The notes beneath the pieces were generated by a model. The model saw only the letters and a list, made by a program, of their open reading frames with translations. It made no database searches and was not told the DNA's origin. This document shows, one piece after another, positions 40,091 to 53,300 of a stretch of DNA of 64,000 nucleotides. Where the stretch lies: contig NC_058368.1 of the NCBI RefSeq assembly GCF_018350175.1, positions 232,626,001 through 232,690,000 of the forward strand. The letters are read 5' to 3'. Each line of letters opens with the position of its first letter. Within the stretch, counting starts at the first letter, position 1. A program made the translations under genes and the position numbers. The stretch is from Felis catus (taxonomy: Eukaryota).

Positions 40091-41449
40091 GTATTGATAA
40101 AGGAAAACAAAACAAAACAAGCCCAAATTGGGCCGATTTCCACCCCCACCGCCCAACAGCAAATCTAGGCTTAATTATAATTTCAGCCTATCCCAGAATA
40201 TTATGTAACCTGATCTGAAACAATCCTTTATTTTCTTCTGCTAAGAGCTTGTTGCCTTCTATTAGCATCAATCCAAGAATTTTCTGAACAAGAACTACAA
40301 TACAGAAAATTCTGACTGCTTTTCCCGATCCTCCTCAAGGGTGACCAAGGTGAGCTGGTGAGATTGGTGATGGTTTGCTTAGAAGCTTTTACCAGTGGAA
40401 GCCAGTAATGTTCTTCTAGACTCTTTAATCTTCTGAAGAGATTTTTGGTGTAGTTTCAGTGATAAGACTCAGACAGAAGTCAACTGGCAAACCATGCATA
40501 TCAATGATAAAATAATACAAGATAACGCACTGCGTTTTGCGACTGATAGCAAAAGCCCAAGAAATTTAGGATGATCAAGAGCCAATGCGCGTGAGAACAT
40601 CTGCAAGGCCACGCAAATCAGGCAAAGTCATGAATTTCATTAGTATAAAGAATCGAAGATTCATAAATGCATGGATTACTGAAATGACCTACAGCATCAT
40701 CACTATCATGAAAATAGGAAGCATTTATTTATTCACACTGTTGGAAAGTCGCAGCTAGCGCGTCTTGTGTTCTAAGTGGCCACTGTTTTCTTTCAGTAAA
40801 AATTGCTCTGCTTACATGTAGACAGAATGGGAGAAAACTCTATCCAAGTGTCTGGCTCCTTGTGTCACGGGGAAGGAGGGCAGTCTGCCTGAGTAGGATT
40901 CATCGTCCGATCCTTATACCTGCTCTTAAGGAGACTCAATCAAATCTGTCGCCGACATTTTATAAAACATGAGTAGTACCCTTGCTGGGAAAATGAATAA
41001 AGTTTTACACCATAAGATGGCCAGCGGGACTAAAACAAGCTCTGGTCTCTAGGTTGGAGACCCCTCTTCGGGTTCCTCTCGTCCTGTTTGCCATGAGGGT
41101 GAAACCCCCCATAGATATGGAAGCTGGCAATTATAAATTACCCCCCCCCCATTCAGGGCTCAGATCTTTGGAGAAATGGTCTCCTCTGAGCCTGCCGCTG
41201 TTAAATAAATCTCCGATCCACCAAGATCTCCCAGTGCCGCTTGGTTTTTCCGCCAGCGTTCCAGCCTGGTTCCGTAACACCCTAAGGAATACCAACTATG
41301 CTGTGTACCAAATATTCCACGAGAAGTCAGGGGCCAAGATGGCACGCTACTAAACCCCCAGGTTAGGAGAAGGGGGGCGAGGCTTCAGTCCCAGCTCTGC
41401 AAGTGAATCAGGCAGATTTCCATTCAGGCTTTAGATGTTCACCTTTAAA

Positions 41450-41658
41450 GGGTGGCACAGTCGGTTAAGCGTCCGACTTCAGCCAGGTCACGATCTCGCG
41501 GTCCGTGAGTTCAAGCCCCGCCTCAGGCTCTGGGCTGATGGCTCAGAGCCTGGAGCCTGTTTCCGATTCTGTGTCTCCCTCTCTCTCTGCCCCTCCCCCG
41601 TTCATGCTCTGTCTCTCTCTGTCCCAAAAATAAATAAACGTTGAAAAAAAATTTTTTT
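41450..41658 (+). mobile_element. Young feline Can-SINE, slightly 5'-truncated
   Basis: starts gggtggcacagtcggttaagcg; flanked by tttaaaggg on both sides. Confidence 0.95.
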
Positions 41659-41959
41659 AAAGGGGAATTACGCATCTAATGAATATAGTTGTGTTAGGAA
41701 CGCGTAGTTGTACTACCATCCAATAGTTGTGCTATCGTGCAAATATAGACACTGAGGCTCAGAATAATAAAAGGATTTTCAGGAGGCCCTGGGGCTAGAA
41801 TCAGGTTGTTACCTCCCGGCAGGTGTGACCACAAAGTAAGAGTAGAGCAAGGAGAGTGTTCTGCCGAGCTGGAGACCCTGAGCCAAAGCGCAGTGCTGTT
41901 GGATAGCTCCAGCCGACCGGACAGCACGGTGTTAAGTAGGATACGAAGTTTATAGAACA

Positions 41960-42028
41960 CTCACGTGACTCAAATATAAAAATAAAACGCGTGGATCTAC
42001 GCTGAGAGCTGCTCCGTGCTAGGTGAGG
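41960..42028 (+). promoter_or_regulatory. Candidate core promoter (E-box/AP-1, TATA) and 5' splice site
   Basis: tcacgtgactca at 41961, TATAAAA at 41975, CTAG|gtgagg at 42022/42023; local CpG retention. Confidence 0.3.
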
Positions 42029-43374
42029 GAATACAATTCACAAGTAGTGGTAGTTAAGAGCAGGTTCTAACCCTGTTTAGACTTCTGTGGCTGGCATCTC
42101 TACTCCAGCAGGTTGATCTCTTTTCAAGAGTTTTACTTGCTTTCAAATGGCTGTAGTAAATTTATTGAAACGCTTGAGCTAAAAATCTCTTTGAAGAAGA
42201 CCATTTATGTCTAGAAAAAGAAACCTAGGAACACTATATAACCCCAGAAAGCTGTTGCAAGAATCCTAAAGATCACAATTCTCAAAACCTAGCAGGACAG
42301 AGATTGTTCTCTTGGGCTGACTTCCCTGCAAAACCTCTAGGTGTTGAGTTCCCTAAATAGTATATGGTAGATTTGGTATGTCTTCCTTAATTCAGAACAC
42401 CATAAAGAGGTAGAAAAGACCACCCCAATTCCATTTCCAATAGATGCACTCTATTAATATATTTCTAGGCAAATTCACACATATTTGTTTAAGTAGGACT
42501 ACATTAAGCATGCTTGTTCTTTGCATCTAATGTTATCTTACATTAACCCCAATTACTATAAAAGTATATTTCCTTTTAGTCACTTCAATGTATTAATAGC
42601 CATTCCCAGTGCTAAAGTGATTGAATAATATGTAGAATGCCTCCGTATATGAGTGACTACCTTTAGGATATTTATGCTTTATTGAAACAAATAATTAATT
42701 ATAGGCATAGACAGTAGAATCCAAACAATTAGTAGCTACTGACAAATAAAATTAGGCTTGTGTGTTATAGATTTTGAAACACACAAAGGGTAGCAGTAAC
42801 ACAGAATGAAAATCCACATATCAGGTGCAGGACCGCTGCTATACCTACATTATGTATTTTAACGCGTGGGCGACATATGACAGACATAAAAGTTGCACAA
42901 AACAGAAATATAATGGGTTGTTGTCAGAGGACCTGTGGGGATTCTGGCAGATTCAGGTTTTACATTTCATCCTGAAAAGCAGGAGTTCAAACTGCTTTCC
43001 CTAGACATTGAAATGGCAAGAGTGAAGCAGAAATTAGCAACAAAGTATACAAAACCTTTTGCACAAGTAAGCGTTCAAGAGATGCTGGGTGAAACCAACG
43101 CTACTATTAGAGATTTCTATCAAACAAGACTGTAGAGATGGAAGAAACAGACGCCAGCTGTAAAATAAGGGAATTCTCATAGACATCCAATTTGATGGCC
43201 ATGACCATGAATAACCTCCGTACTGACCATAATATTGCAAGTACAAAGGGCAAAATATGAAATATGGTATTTTCAAATGTCACAAGAACTGAAAACACAA
43301 CTCGGAAACAATTTCTGTGATTCCACTCAGTTTTACTCTTACTGACAAACAATTTAGCAAGCCTCTCTGCATTT

Positions 43375-45390
43375 TTTTTGTTAAGAATTTACTCTTTTGG
43401 ATCAGTGTAAGTTTCACAGAAAAAGTGGGGAGAATATGTACAGATTTCCCCTATGCCCTTCCCTCTCACAAATGCATAAACTCCCTCATTCTCCCCCAGA
43501 GAAGTGCATTTGTTATAAATTGATGAATTTACACTAATACATCATAATCAATCAAAGTCCATAGTTTACGTTGTGGTTCACTCCTGGTGTCGTGTATTCA
43601 TGAGTTTGGACAAACGTATAGTGACATGTATCTACCGTGATGGTAACACACAGAGCATTTTCACTGTCCTGAAAATCCTCTGTGCTCTCCTTATACGTCC
43701 TTCCCACCCCCCTCCAACTCCTGGCAACCACTGATATCTTTCCTGTCACCATAGTTTTAACTTTTCCAGAGTGCCATATAGTTGGAACCATACACGAAGT
43801 AGCCTTTTCTGATTGCCTTCTCTCACATAATACTATGAATTTCAGGTTTCTTTCGGTCTTTTCATGACCCATTTCTTTTTAGCGCTGACTTATATTCCAT
43901 TGTCTGGATGAATTACAGTGTATTTATCCACTCACCTACTGAAGGACATCTTGGTTACTTCCGAGTTGGGCAATTATGAATAAAGCTACTATAAATATCC
44001 AAGTATAGGTGTGTGTGTGTGGACACAAGTTTTCAAGTCCTTTGGGTAAATACCAAGAAGCGTGATTTCTGAATCATATAAGAGTATGTGTGGTTTTTTA
44101 AGAAACTTTCAAAATGTTTTCCAAAGTTATGGTACCATTTTGCATGTCCACCAATAGCGAATGAGAGTTCCTGTTGCTCCACAACCTCACAAGCATTTGG
44201 TGCCGTCAGTGTTCTGGATTTGGGCCATTCTTTTTTTTTCTAATTTTTTTTAATGTTTATTTATTTTTGACAGAGACAGAGACAGAATGCGAGTGGGTTG
44301 GGGCAGAGAGAGGGGGAGGTACAGAATCTGAAGCAGGCTCCAGGCTCCAAGCTGTCAGCGCAGAGCCTGACGCGGGGCTCGAACTCACAAGCTGTGAGAT
44401 TGTGACCTGAGCCGAAGTCAGACGCTCAACCTACTGAGCCACCCAGACGCCCCTGGATTTGGGCCATTCTAATAGGTGTGTGGTAGCATCTTATGGTTTT
44501 ATTTTTCACTTCACTGATGACATAGAAGGTGGAGCAGTTTTTCAAATGCTTATTTGCCTTCTGTTTCTTTGCTGAAGTGTTTGTTAAGATCTTTGGCCCA
44601 TTTTTTCATCGATTTTTTTTCTTATTATGGAGTTTTAGGAGTTCTTTGTATATTTTGGACAGCAGCCTTTTATCAGATACGTCTTTTGCCAGTGGTTTTT
44701 TTTTTTTCCTAAATGTGGCTTATCTTCTCATTTTCTTGACGTTATTTTTAATTTTAATGAAGTCCAGATTACCAAGTAAGTTTTTCATGGCTCATGCCTT
44801 TGGTGCTGTACCTATAAAGTCTTTGCCATACTCAAGGTAATCTATGTCATACCCTATGTGCTCTTCTGGGAGTTTTATTCTTTTGCATCACATTTAAGAC
44901 TGTGATCTCTTTTGAGTTAGTTTTCCTTTGTCAAAGACAAGCTGACAACATTTACCTGGGTCTATTTCCGGGCTCTCTATTCTGTTCCAGGAATCTATCT
45001 GCCTATTCTTTCACCAATATCACGTGTCTTGATTATTGTAGCTCTATAGTAAGTCTTGAAATTGAGTAGCGTCAATTCTCCAAATCTGTTCTTCTCCTTC
45101 AACATTATATTATCTATTCTGAGTCTTTTGCCTCTCCACATAAACCTTAGAATCCATTTGCCAAGGATACCCATTTGTTGCCGATATTTGGATTGGGATT
45201 GCCCTGAAGCTATAGATCAAGTCGTCATATCTTGACAATACTGAGCGTGAGCATGAGCTCTATCCATTAACATGGACTATCTCTGCAGTTATTTAATTCT
45301 CCTTTGATTTCTTGCCTTGGAGTTTTGTAGTTTTCCTCACAGAGATCTTATACATATTTTTTTAGGTCTATACCAAAGTATTTCATTTGG
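43375..45390 (-). mobile_element. L1 (L1MC/L1MB-like) 3' portion, about 2 kb
   Basis: long antisense L1 3' UTR and ORF2 text; ORF 43552-43872 is L1-derived. Confidence 0.9.
44231..44453 (-). mobile_element. Can-SINE nested in L1
   Basis: TSD (t)ggatttgggccattct. Confidence 0.95.
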
Positions 45391-45600
45391 GTAATTGTAA
45401 CAACATAATCCAGAAAAAAAAAGTTTGAAATACCAGTTCAAAATGGCAAGCCTCCTAATTTGCTAGGTGTGAGTATTTAGAGAATGATCACAATGTGAAC
45501 TTGGTAAGTACTTCAAAATTCATTATAGCCCCTTTAAATCACAACCTATACAAGTGTAATTTTATGAAGCAAAGTTCTTTCTGCAAAAAAATATTACTGG

Positions 45601-46220
45601 TGTATTAGTTTTTGAGGTACTACTGTCAACCGAGTGACTTAAACAATATAATTTTCTTGTCTCACAGTTCTGGAGACTAGAGGTCTAAATGTAAGATTTG
45701 GGCAGAAGAGATTCCTTCTGAGGGTTGCGAGTGAGGGATCTATTCCAGGCCTCTCTCTCCCTGGCTAGCAGATGTTCATTGTCTTGTTCACCTGGGGTTC
45801 TCCCTGTATCAACTTTCCCCTTCTTCTTTTTAAAAAAAAAAAATTTAATGTCTATTTTTATTTTTGAGAGAGAGAGAGACAGAGCGCAAGCAGGGGAGGG
45901 GCAGAGGGAGAGGGAGACACAGAATCCAAAGAAAGCTCCAGGCTCTGAGCTATCAGCACAGAGCCTGATGTGGGGCTCGAACCCAGGCACAACAAGATCA
46001 TGACCTGAGCGGACGTCTAGCGCTTAACGAACTGAGCCACCCAGGTGCCCCAACTTTCCCCTTCCTCTAAGGAACAATTTCTAGATTAGGGCCTGTCCTA
46101 ATGACTTCACTTTAACTTGATTCTGGAAAGACGCTATACCAAATAAGATCACATTCTAAGGTACTAAAGTTTAGGACTTCAAAATATAAATTTAAGGGGA
46201 AATGATTTAACCTTTAACAA
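45601..46220 (-). mobile_element. MaLR LTR (MLT1) interrupted by a SINE
   Basis: tgtattagttt...ctcacagttctggagactagagg...aaataagatcacattctaaggtact. Confidence 0.8.
45826..46050 (-). mobile_element. Can-SINE nested in MLT1
   Basis: TSD caactttccccttc. Confidence 0.94.
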
Positions 46221-47142
46221 TTAGTATATTCAATTCAGCTCTTTGTTATTAAGACTCTCATAGTCTTCCCTTCTCTCTATGCCGTCACTCTTGACGAACC
46301 TGCCGTCATTCTCGACGAATGGGAAAAGAGGATGATAATTAATGTAGAGTCTTTTTCATTGTAAAGAAGTTTCTTTTTATCCAAATCTCTTTTGCACAGC
46401 TTCTTTGAGGTATACAGTTGAATACAAAAAAAAAAGTGTGCACGTAGTTAATGTATACATTTTGGAGAGTTTGGACGCATGCATAGACCCATGATACATT
46501 TATTACCTTGATTGTGGTAATGGTGTACACATGTGTCCAAACTTATCATATTGTAGACATTAGCCAGTTTTATGACTGTCTATCCAATATCTGCTTTCTC
46601 ATCCCGGACCCTTCTCAACTTGCCATTTTAATAGCTCAGCCCTTTCCGTAGTGACAATTTCCATCGCCTTCTGCTCGTTTACCTGTTCAGTGACTTCAAA
46701 GCCCCAGGGCCAGCTGCTGTGCTCAGCCATGGCAACTCCTTCCATTTTATCTGCCAAAAGCATTTTGGAATGTCTATTTTGATTTATTTTAATGTCCTTT
46801 GTGGGAGTCCTTTGTGATTTCTCTTACCCCTGGTAGCTTCTGCTTCTTTCTCTCAAAGCTCTCACGGGTCATTCATTGGTTAGCTTCTGAACTGGGGGCT
46901 AAGCAAGGTAGACCTTCCAAGAGCGGGTGTGACTCAAGAGCTAGTGCTGACCCCTCTGAACCTGGTAACAAAGAATCAGAAAGCATTCACACAAGGAAAA
47001 TCAGTAGAAATGTATGGGAAAATATTGATAAGATAACTTGGGAGGAGGGTAGGCTCACTGTAGCAACATCTATGAAAATATACTGCTTGATATTTGTCCT
47101 CAGTGATAATGGTCATTGACCCTTCAGAAAGTTAGTGGTTGT

Positions 47143-47340
47143 TGGCGTGTGTGGGTGGCTCTGTCAGTTGGGAACCTGACTCTTGATTTCTGCTCAGGTC
47201 ATGATCTCACAGTTCATGAGTCCAAGCCCCGTGTAGGGCTCCTTGCTGATAGTATTGGGCCTGCTTGGAAGTCTCTTTCACCCTCTCTCTCTGTCTCTGT
47301 CTTTCTCTCTCAAAATAAATAAATAAATAAACTAAAAAAA
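47143..47340 (+). mobile_element. Can-SINE (older)
   Basis: degenerate head, tcaaaataaataaataaa tail. Confidence 0.9.
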
Positions 47341-47370
47341 AGAAAGCTAATAGAAAAATTACAGTTCTTA

Positions 47371-47593
47371 GGGGCGCCTGGGTGGCGCAGTCGGTTAAGC
47401 GTCCGACTTCAGCCAGGTCACGATCTCGCGGTCCGTGAGTTCGAGCCCCGCGTCAGGCTCTGGGCTGATGGCTCAGAGCCTGGAGCCTGTTTCCAATTCT
47501 TTGTCTCCCTCTCTCTCTGCCTCTCCCCCGTTCATGCTCTGTCTCTCTCTGTCCCAAAAAAAAATAATAAACGTTGAAAAAAATTAAAAAAAA
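47371..47593 (+). mobile_element. Young feline Can-SINE (SINEC_Fc)
   Basis: perfect TSD agaaaaattacagttctt. Confidence 0.97.
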
Positions 47594-48261
47594 AGAAAAA
47601 TTACAGTTCTTCAGATGAAGAATATCAGAAACATCATCCTTTACTCATAGGGGGAAAGTCAAGAGGAACCAGGGAATTCATTGAAACTTCAGCATCGATA
47701 ATTTTTTTTTAATCTCTGTGTTTGACAAGCACAGACTTGGGTTTTACTTGACTCCCTTGAGATATTCCCAGTGCCTAGAAAATCACTGAAGAGATTTTCA
47801 TCCTGGTGTTTATCAGGTGCTAGATGCTATTTGAAGAGTTTGTTGTAGGAGGAGCTTCCTCTCGTGATGCCTACATCCAATGAGGGGTGGCAAGAAGAAA
47901 CTAATCTAGTACATAAACAGGAAAATATTGGATATGAGCTCTAGAGGATCAAGAGTTAGCACTCACTTTGCAGGTAATCTGATATAGCCAGTTATTTATT
48001 TCTGAAAACTAAATTTTTGGAAGATATGAAAGCCTGTTAATACGCTAATGGAATTCATTTTAACTGGAGTGGAGAAACCATTCTGTCTACTTAATTAGAA
48101 GGTTGGTGATCAAAATGAGCTCAAAAGCAAAGTGGTTTATACATTTAAGAGAACAAATGCACTTTTCTGTGATAAAGGTTTTTGCAAAATTGCACCATAA
48201 CCTTGATGTTACAAGTCAACGGTTCTAATCTTCAACACAGTTTTTAGAAATACTGAAATAA

Positions 48262-48498
48262 GGGGTGCCTGGATGGCTCAGTCAGTTAAGCCTCCTACTC
48301 TTGCTTTTGGCTCAGTCTTGATCTCCCAGTTCAGGGGTTGGAGCCCCACATCGGGATCTGTGTCCACAATGCAGAGCCTGCTTTGGATTCTCTCTCTCTC
48401 TGTCTCTGTCTCTCTCTCTCTCTGTCTCTCTCTGTCTCTCTCTACCCCTCCCCTGCTTTCTCTCCTCTCTAAAAATAAATCAGTAAACTTTTAAAAAA
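48262..48498 (+). mobile_element. Can-SINE (older)
   Basis: TSD aaatact(g/a)aaa. Confidence 0.9.
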
Positions 48499-48586
48499 TA
48501 CTAAAACTAACACTACAATATTACAGGCAATTTCTTCACCTTTTTTGGTAATAGATACAGAAAGAATTTCAACATTAATAAGAAGA

Positions 48587-49110
48587 TACATGGATGAAAG
48601 ATAAAGAAAATATAGTGTATATATTTAATGGAATATTATTCAGCCATAAGTTAATGGAATTTGCCGCTTATGACAACATGGATGGGCCTTGAGGACATTA
48701 TGCTATGTGAAATAAGACAGAGAATGATAACTATCATATGATCTAAGACTTAAAAATTCTAATAAAGAATCAGAGGTACAGCGAACAAGGTGGTGTCCAG
48801 AGGCAAGGGGGTAACAGGGTGGGTGAAGTGGGTGAAGGTACAAACTTCCAGTTATAACTAAGTCATGGCAATATAATGTACAGTATAGTGACTAAAGTTG
48901 ATTATACTGTATTGCATATTTCAAAGTTGCTATGGGAGTAAATCTTACAGTCTCAACACAAGAAAAAAAAATTTAACTCTCTGTGGTGGCAGATTTCACT
49001 AGACCTCCTGGGGTGATCAGATCGCAATGTGTACAAATAATGAATCATGTTCTACCCCTGAAGCTAATAAAGTATTCTATGTCAAAGATACCCCAATTTA
49101 AAAGAAAATA
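48587..49110 (+). mobile_element. L1MA-like 3' end
   Basis: aatggaatattattcagccat...acaacatggatgggccttgaggacattatgcta...catggcaatataatgtacagtatagtgact. Confidence 0.85.
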
Positions 49111-49549
49111 TTGCCTTTACACCGAAAAGTTACAATAAAAACAGGATTTAAAAAAATAATAAAATAAGTTTTTAAAAATTAATTAACAACATGGACCGAA
49201 GACCAGATATAGAGAAGCTAGAGATTTAATGTATTTTGTTATGAGAGCTGATACATGCAGTCTCTGTATATCCTTATCTAGCTGCGCAAATTTAAGGGTT
49301 AACTCAGCATTTTGTATTCTCAAAGCTCTTATACCAGTTTCTCTTTTTCCAGTTCCCATTTTCATTGTGAAATGTTTCATAAATAAAAATAATTTCAATA
49401 AATTACATATGCAAACAATGCAATAACACAGCACAGGCTCACATACCATCCGCACGACACAATATGGAACATGTGCCCTCTCTGTATACCTCCCCAATCT
49501 TATCCAGCTTCCTGCCTCCAGAGGGAGCCATCATCCTGAATTTTATGTG

Positions 49550-49580
<31 letters not shown>

Positions 49581-50114
49581 CTTTTTGTTGCTGTTTAATT
49601 TTCAGTACATGGTAGTCACATAAAATATGTATCTGTGTAGGTTTATATAGCTAAATACAATGTTTTGAAGGTTTTTGAATTTTACACACATATTCTTTTG
49701 GGATTTGCTTTATTCGTTCTGTACTGCATTTGTGACATTATTCACGTTGATGTGTATAGCTACCTTTAACCAACTCCTCTACAGAATTTTGTACATGAAG
49801 AAATAAATGCTAAAGTTTTTTTTTCTATTTGACTGATAATTTAGGTCATTTGCCATTTTTGTTTGGTTTTGCCTCCCCAGTGCCCATATGAACTTGTGTG
49901 TGGGTCTTGTGCAGGGGTACAAAGTCTGCCAGGGTATCTACTTAGGAGAGTGGCTGGGCTGTAGGCTCTGCTCCCCTTCAACGTGACCGGATAACAACAT
50001 CACCCTGTTTCTTTAATGGTTCTTTGTGGTCCAAAAATAAATTATAAGATCTCAGTATCTTTAATCCAAACTTAGCTGAAATTCTAGTTTAAACTGGAAA
50101 TAGATAAAAGTTCA

Positions 50115-50321
50115 TTTTTTAATGTTTATTTATTTATTTTGAGACAGAGAGAGAGATGGGGAGGAGCAGAGAGAGAGGGAGAGAGAGAATCGCAAGCAGG
50201 TTTCACACTGTCAGCACAGAGCTCCACATGGGGCTCTCTCTCTCTCTCACTAACCAAGAGATCATGACCTGAGCTGAAATCGAGAGGCTGTTGCACAACA
50301 GACTGAGCCACCAGGTGCCCC
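50115..50321 (-). mobile_element. Can-SINE (older)
   Basis: antisense body. Confidence 0.9.
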
Positions 50322-53300
50322 AAATAGTAGCTAATTTTTTAAAACATCTTGACAGAAACTGGGAGGAGAAGCTATCAAGATTCGATCTCAAGGGGCACCT
50401 GGGGGGAGAAGCAGAGGTCCAGTTCTCTGAGGAGATCACGTGGAACCTGAGAACCAAATTAGGAAGAACTGACCTTGAGATTTCTGGGGAGCACTGTGGA
50501 AATGAGAAACAGAGCAAAAGCCCGCCGGCAGCCGTGACCTTAGGGATTTGAGGTTCTCAATGGAGGCCACTGTGGTAGGAGATTCATGAGCAAAAGTGAG
50601 AGTGGCTGGAGTTGGAGAAATTTCCACCAAATGCGGGGTCTTCTCCGTCAGTCTTTCTTCCTCACCTTGACGGTTTCCTCCGGAAACGTACAACCCCTGC
50701 AATTATACTGTTTGTTATTTAATGACTAGTTTGTGACCTGCTGCCTCCACGCCCCTATGACAGCAGGACTGTTGTCTGCCCCGTTCACCACCATGCCCAT
50801 CCCCAGAGCCTAATCCAATCCCGGCATACAGCAGTTGCTCACCAATTATTCTCTGAATGAAGAAATGGGATGAGAGCCTGTTGTGCCTGTGTCTCTCATT
50901 TGTTTAGTTGTGGAGAGTTTTGAAGGGGTTCCTTCGAGAAGCCTTGGTTTGCAAAAGATGGATGTAAGCCTGCAGCTGTGAGCAGGGGCCTCAGCAAGAC
51001 ACTTGTGTGAGTGTCCCTTTGGGGGTGTCACTGGGGACGATGACTGGCCAACAAGGCATGGGAACCTCTCCAGGTGGGCAGACGACAGAGCGAGCTGAGT
51101 CCGGGGCATCGTGGGGAAGGTCAGCCCCAAGCCCTGGATGCCGAGAGGTCCCCTGTGCCACTGGTCACCGCGCTCTGAGATCACAGAGGTCTTCCCCAAG
51201 GTAGGCAGCCCTCAGGTGGAAAGGTTTGCGCTGATTATCTATTCAGCAGGGACAATGGAAAAGGACAGGTAGAATGTGCTGGTCAGTTAAGCCATAAAGA
51301 GGAGGCCCAAGAAACAACATTATGCTAAATACTCAACACTGCTGTGTTTCCACACAGGAGCGAGTCTTTTACCGATTCTTGGTCTCCGTGTTCTTCTGTG
51401 GTAAATAAGACCGTGGACAGATTTTGTTAAAGTCTCTTTCCACGTGAGCATTCTAGAACTGAAGAGAAGTAGCCTGAATGGAAGTCTGGTATGTTGAAGA
51501 GCTGACTTACCTGCTTTCAGTACTGGTAAGGTATTGGGGTTTAATGGTCTCTGGGATGTTGGTGCTCATGGCAAAGAGAGGGGCAGGAGAAAGGGGCCCC
51601 AAGTCCAGCCCGATGTGCTACAAAGAGGCAACAGCGTGGTCTGCTTTATTGGTTTCAATTCTAGAGATTTGTGGACAAATGGAGGACACACACTAGGGTC
51701 TAACCGATACAAGGGGGTGAATCTGATAAAACTGGAACCTTTTTTCTGCTTTTCAAGAGGAAGAAAGTGTTATTGTGGTAGGGATTCGACATATTTTGAG
51801 AGTGAAAATTCAGCTGCTTCTGACCAGGAAGACTATTTTCTATATATTTAATGTGATCTTACATTCCCAGATAATGAATTTAAATGACATATTACACTTC
51901 GCTGAGAAAGGAAATCTATTTGCCCGTCAGTGATATACATTCTTGGTATTTGCCAGACAGCTTCTTGTGGACAAATGATAATGGATTGAGACAGGCAAAA
52001 TCACATTACATAATTCCACCACTTAATTGCAATGAATTTATAGTAGATTAGAATCAAGGAGCACATTAGCAGGAACATTAAATTATGATGCAAGCCCCAT
52101 TTTACTTCATACTCATATTTTTTAAAAACCTTCAGTTGTAGAGATCTCAAAATAACATCAGCCTAGCTGGTTTGGAGATAAATAGAAATAATGAATGTGC
52201 CTGTTCTTATTCTTTCCACTTAAATGTGTATTAGATTAAATTTCCATTTGACCTACTCTCTCAATAAATGCATAAATCTAGAGATATCTCCCATGAGAAG
52301 CCATTAAGGCGGATTATTTTCTAACGTGAAATGTAGATTTGTGGTAAAGGGACAAGCAGGGAAAGGGCATATTTATGTTTTGTCTTCAGAGGGGCTTATA
52401 GATAAATGTGAGAGCTTCCCAGATGAACTTGGGCCTGCCAAGTTCATGTCCACTAGGATTAAAGCCAGGGCAGAGAGGTCCCACTGAACTCAGTTTTAGC
52501 CTGTTTTAGTATTGTTGTCCTACTTGAGGATTACCGTTAGTATTCTTTTTAGTTTCTCATAATAACTGTAATTTAGTGTTCCTTCACAGTGTAACAGCAT
52601 GGGGTTTATGCATGTGAATACGTGTGTAAGCACCCAGCTGAGAGGCTGTGTGTGTGTGTCGGGGCGGGGTGGTGGGGGGGAGGCTGTGCGCCTGAAGTTA
52701 TGTACACGAGACTGTACGTGTGTGCCTATTTGCGTTTACCATTTATTTAGAAGATTTAGATCTTCTATCCCCAAATCTATGCATTAATGTAAATTTTTGT
52801 TTTGAACCACAGACTATACCTCCAAATCCCTTGGTCTTTGCAAAAAATATACAACCCCAAAAAGCAGGTGGGACTCCGCCAATAGGAGGTCCCAGCCTTA
52901 GGCTGGCCCTGGTTGGACTCCATTCATTTGTACGCATCCATAGTCAGTGGAGTACAAATTGATTTTTGTTCAGATGCAGTTGTGAAAAATCATAATCAGT
53001 CTAACTCGTTGCTCAATGATAATTTAGTTCCAAATACGCAATCCAGTTAAAGACAGCTGTAAGAGCTGGGGAGAAGCCACAGGGAATCCTTCATAAGATG
53101 GATAACAAATACCGATATATCTGATTTTTAAAAATATTCTCACAAAATCGTCTCATGGTCTTTGGCCATTCCAGACCAGAAAGACAGAGACAATTATAAT
53201 TCATTTATTTCAAAGGCTGGTCTTGAGCAATGTAGGCATACGGGTTTTGCGTCACTTTGAAGAAGTAATGATTCTCTTGCCATCCACTCGGCGTCGAGAG

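Noticed and set aside
42935..43300. Possible endogenous viral element (vague likeness to bornavirus N or papillomavirus E2) or histone H3-like N-terminus
   Set aside because: Only 3-5 residue resemblances by eye and no sustained alignment; unsupported without a search
46280..46320. Short tandem duplications (also at 17976, 18983, 26341) resembling repeat arrays
   Set aside because: Only 2-3 adjacent copies with no spacers; ordinary slippage, not CRISPR-like
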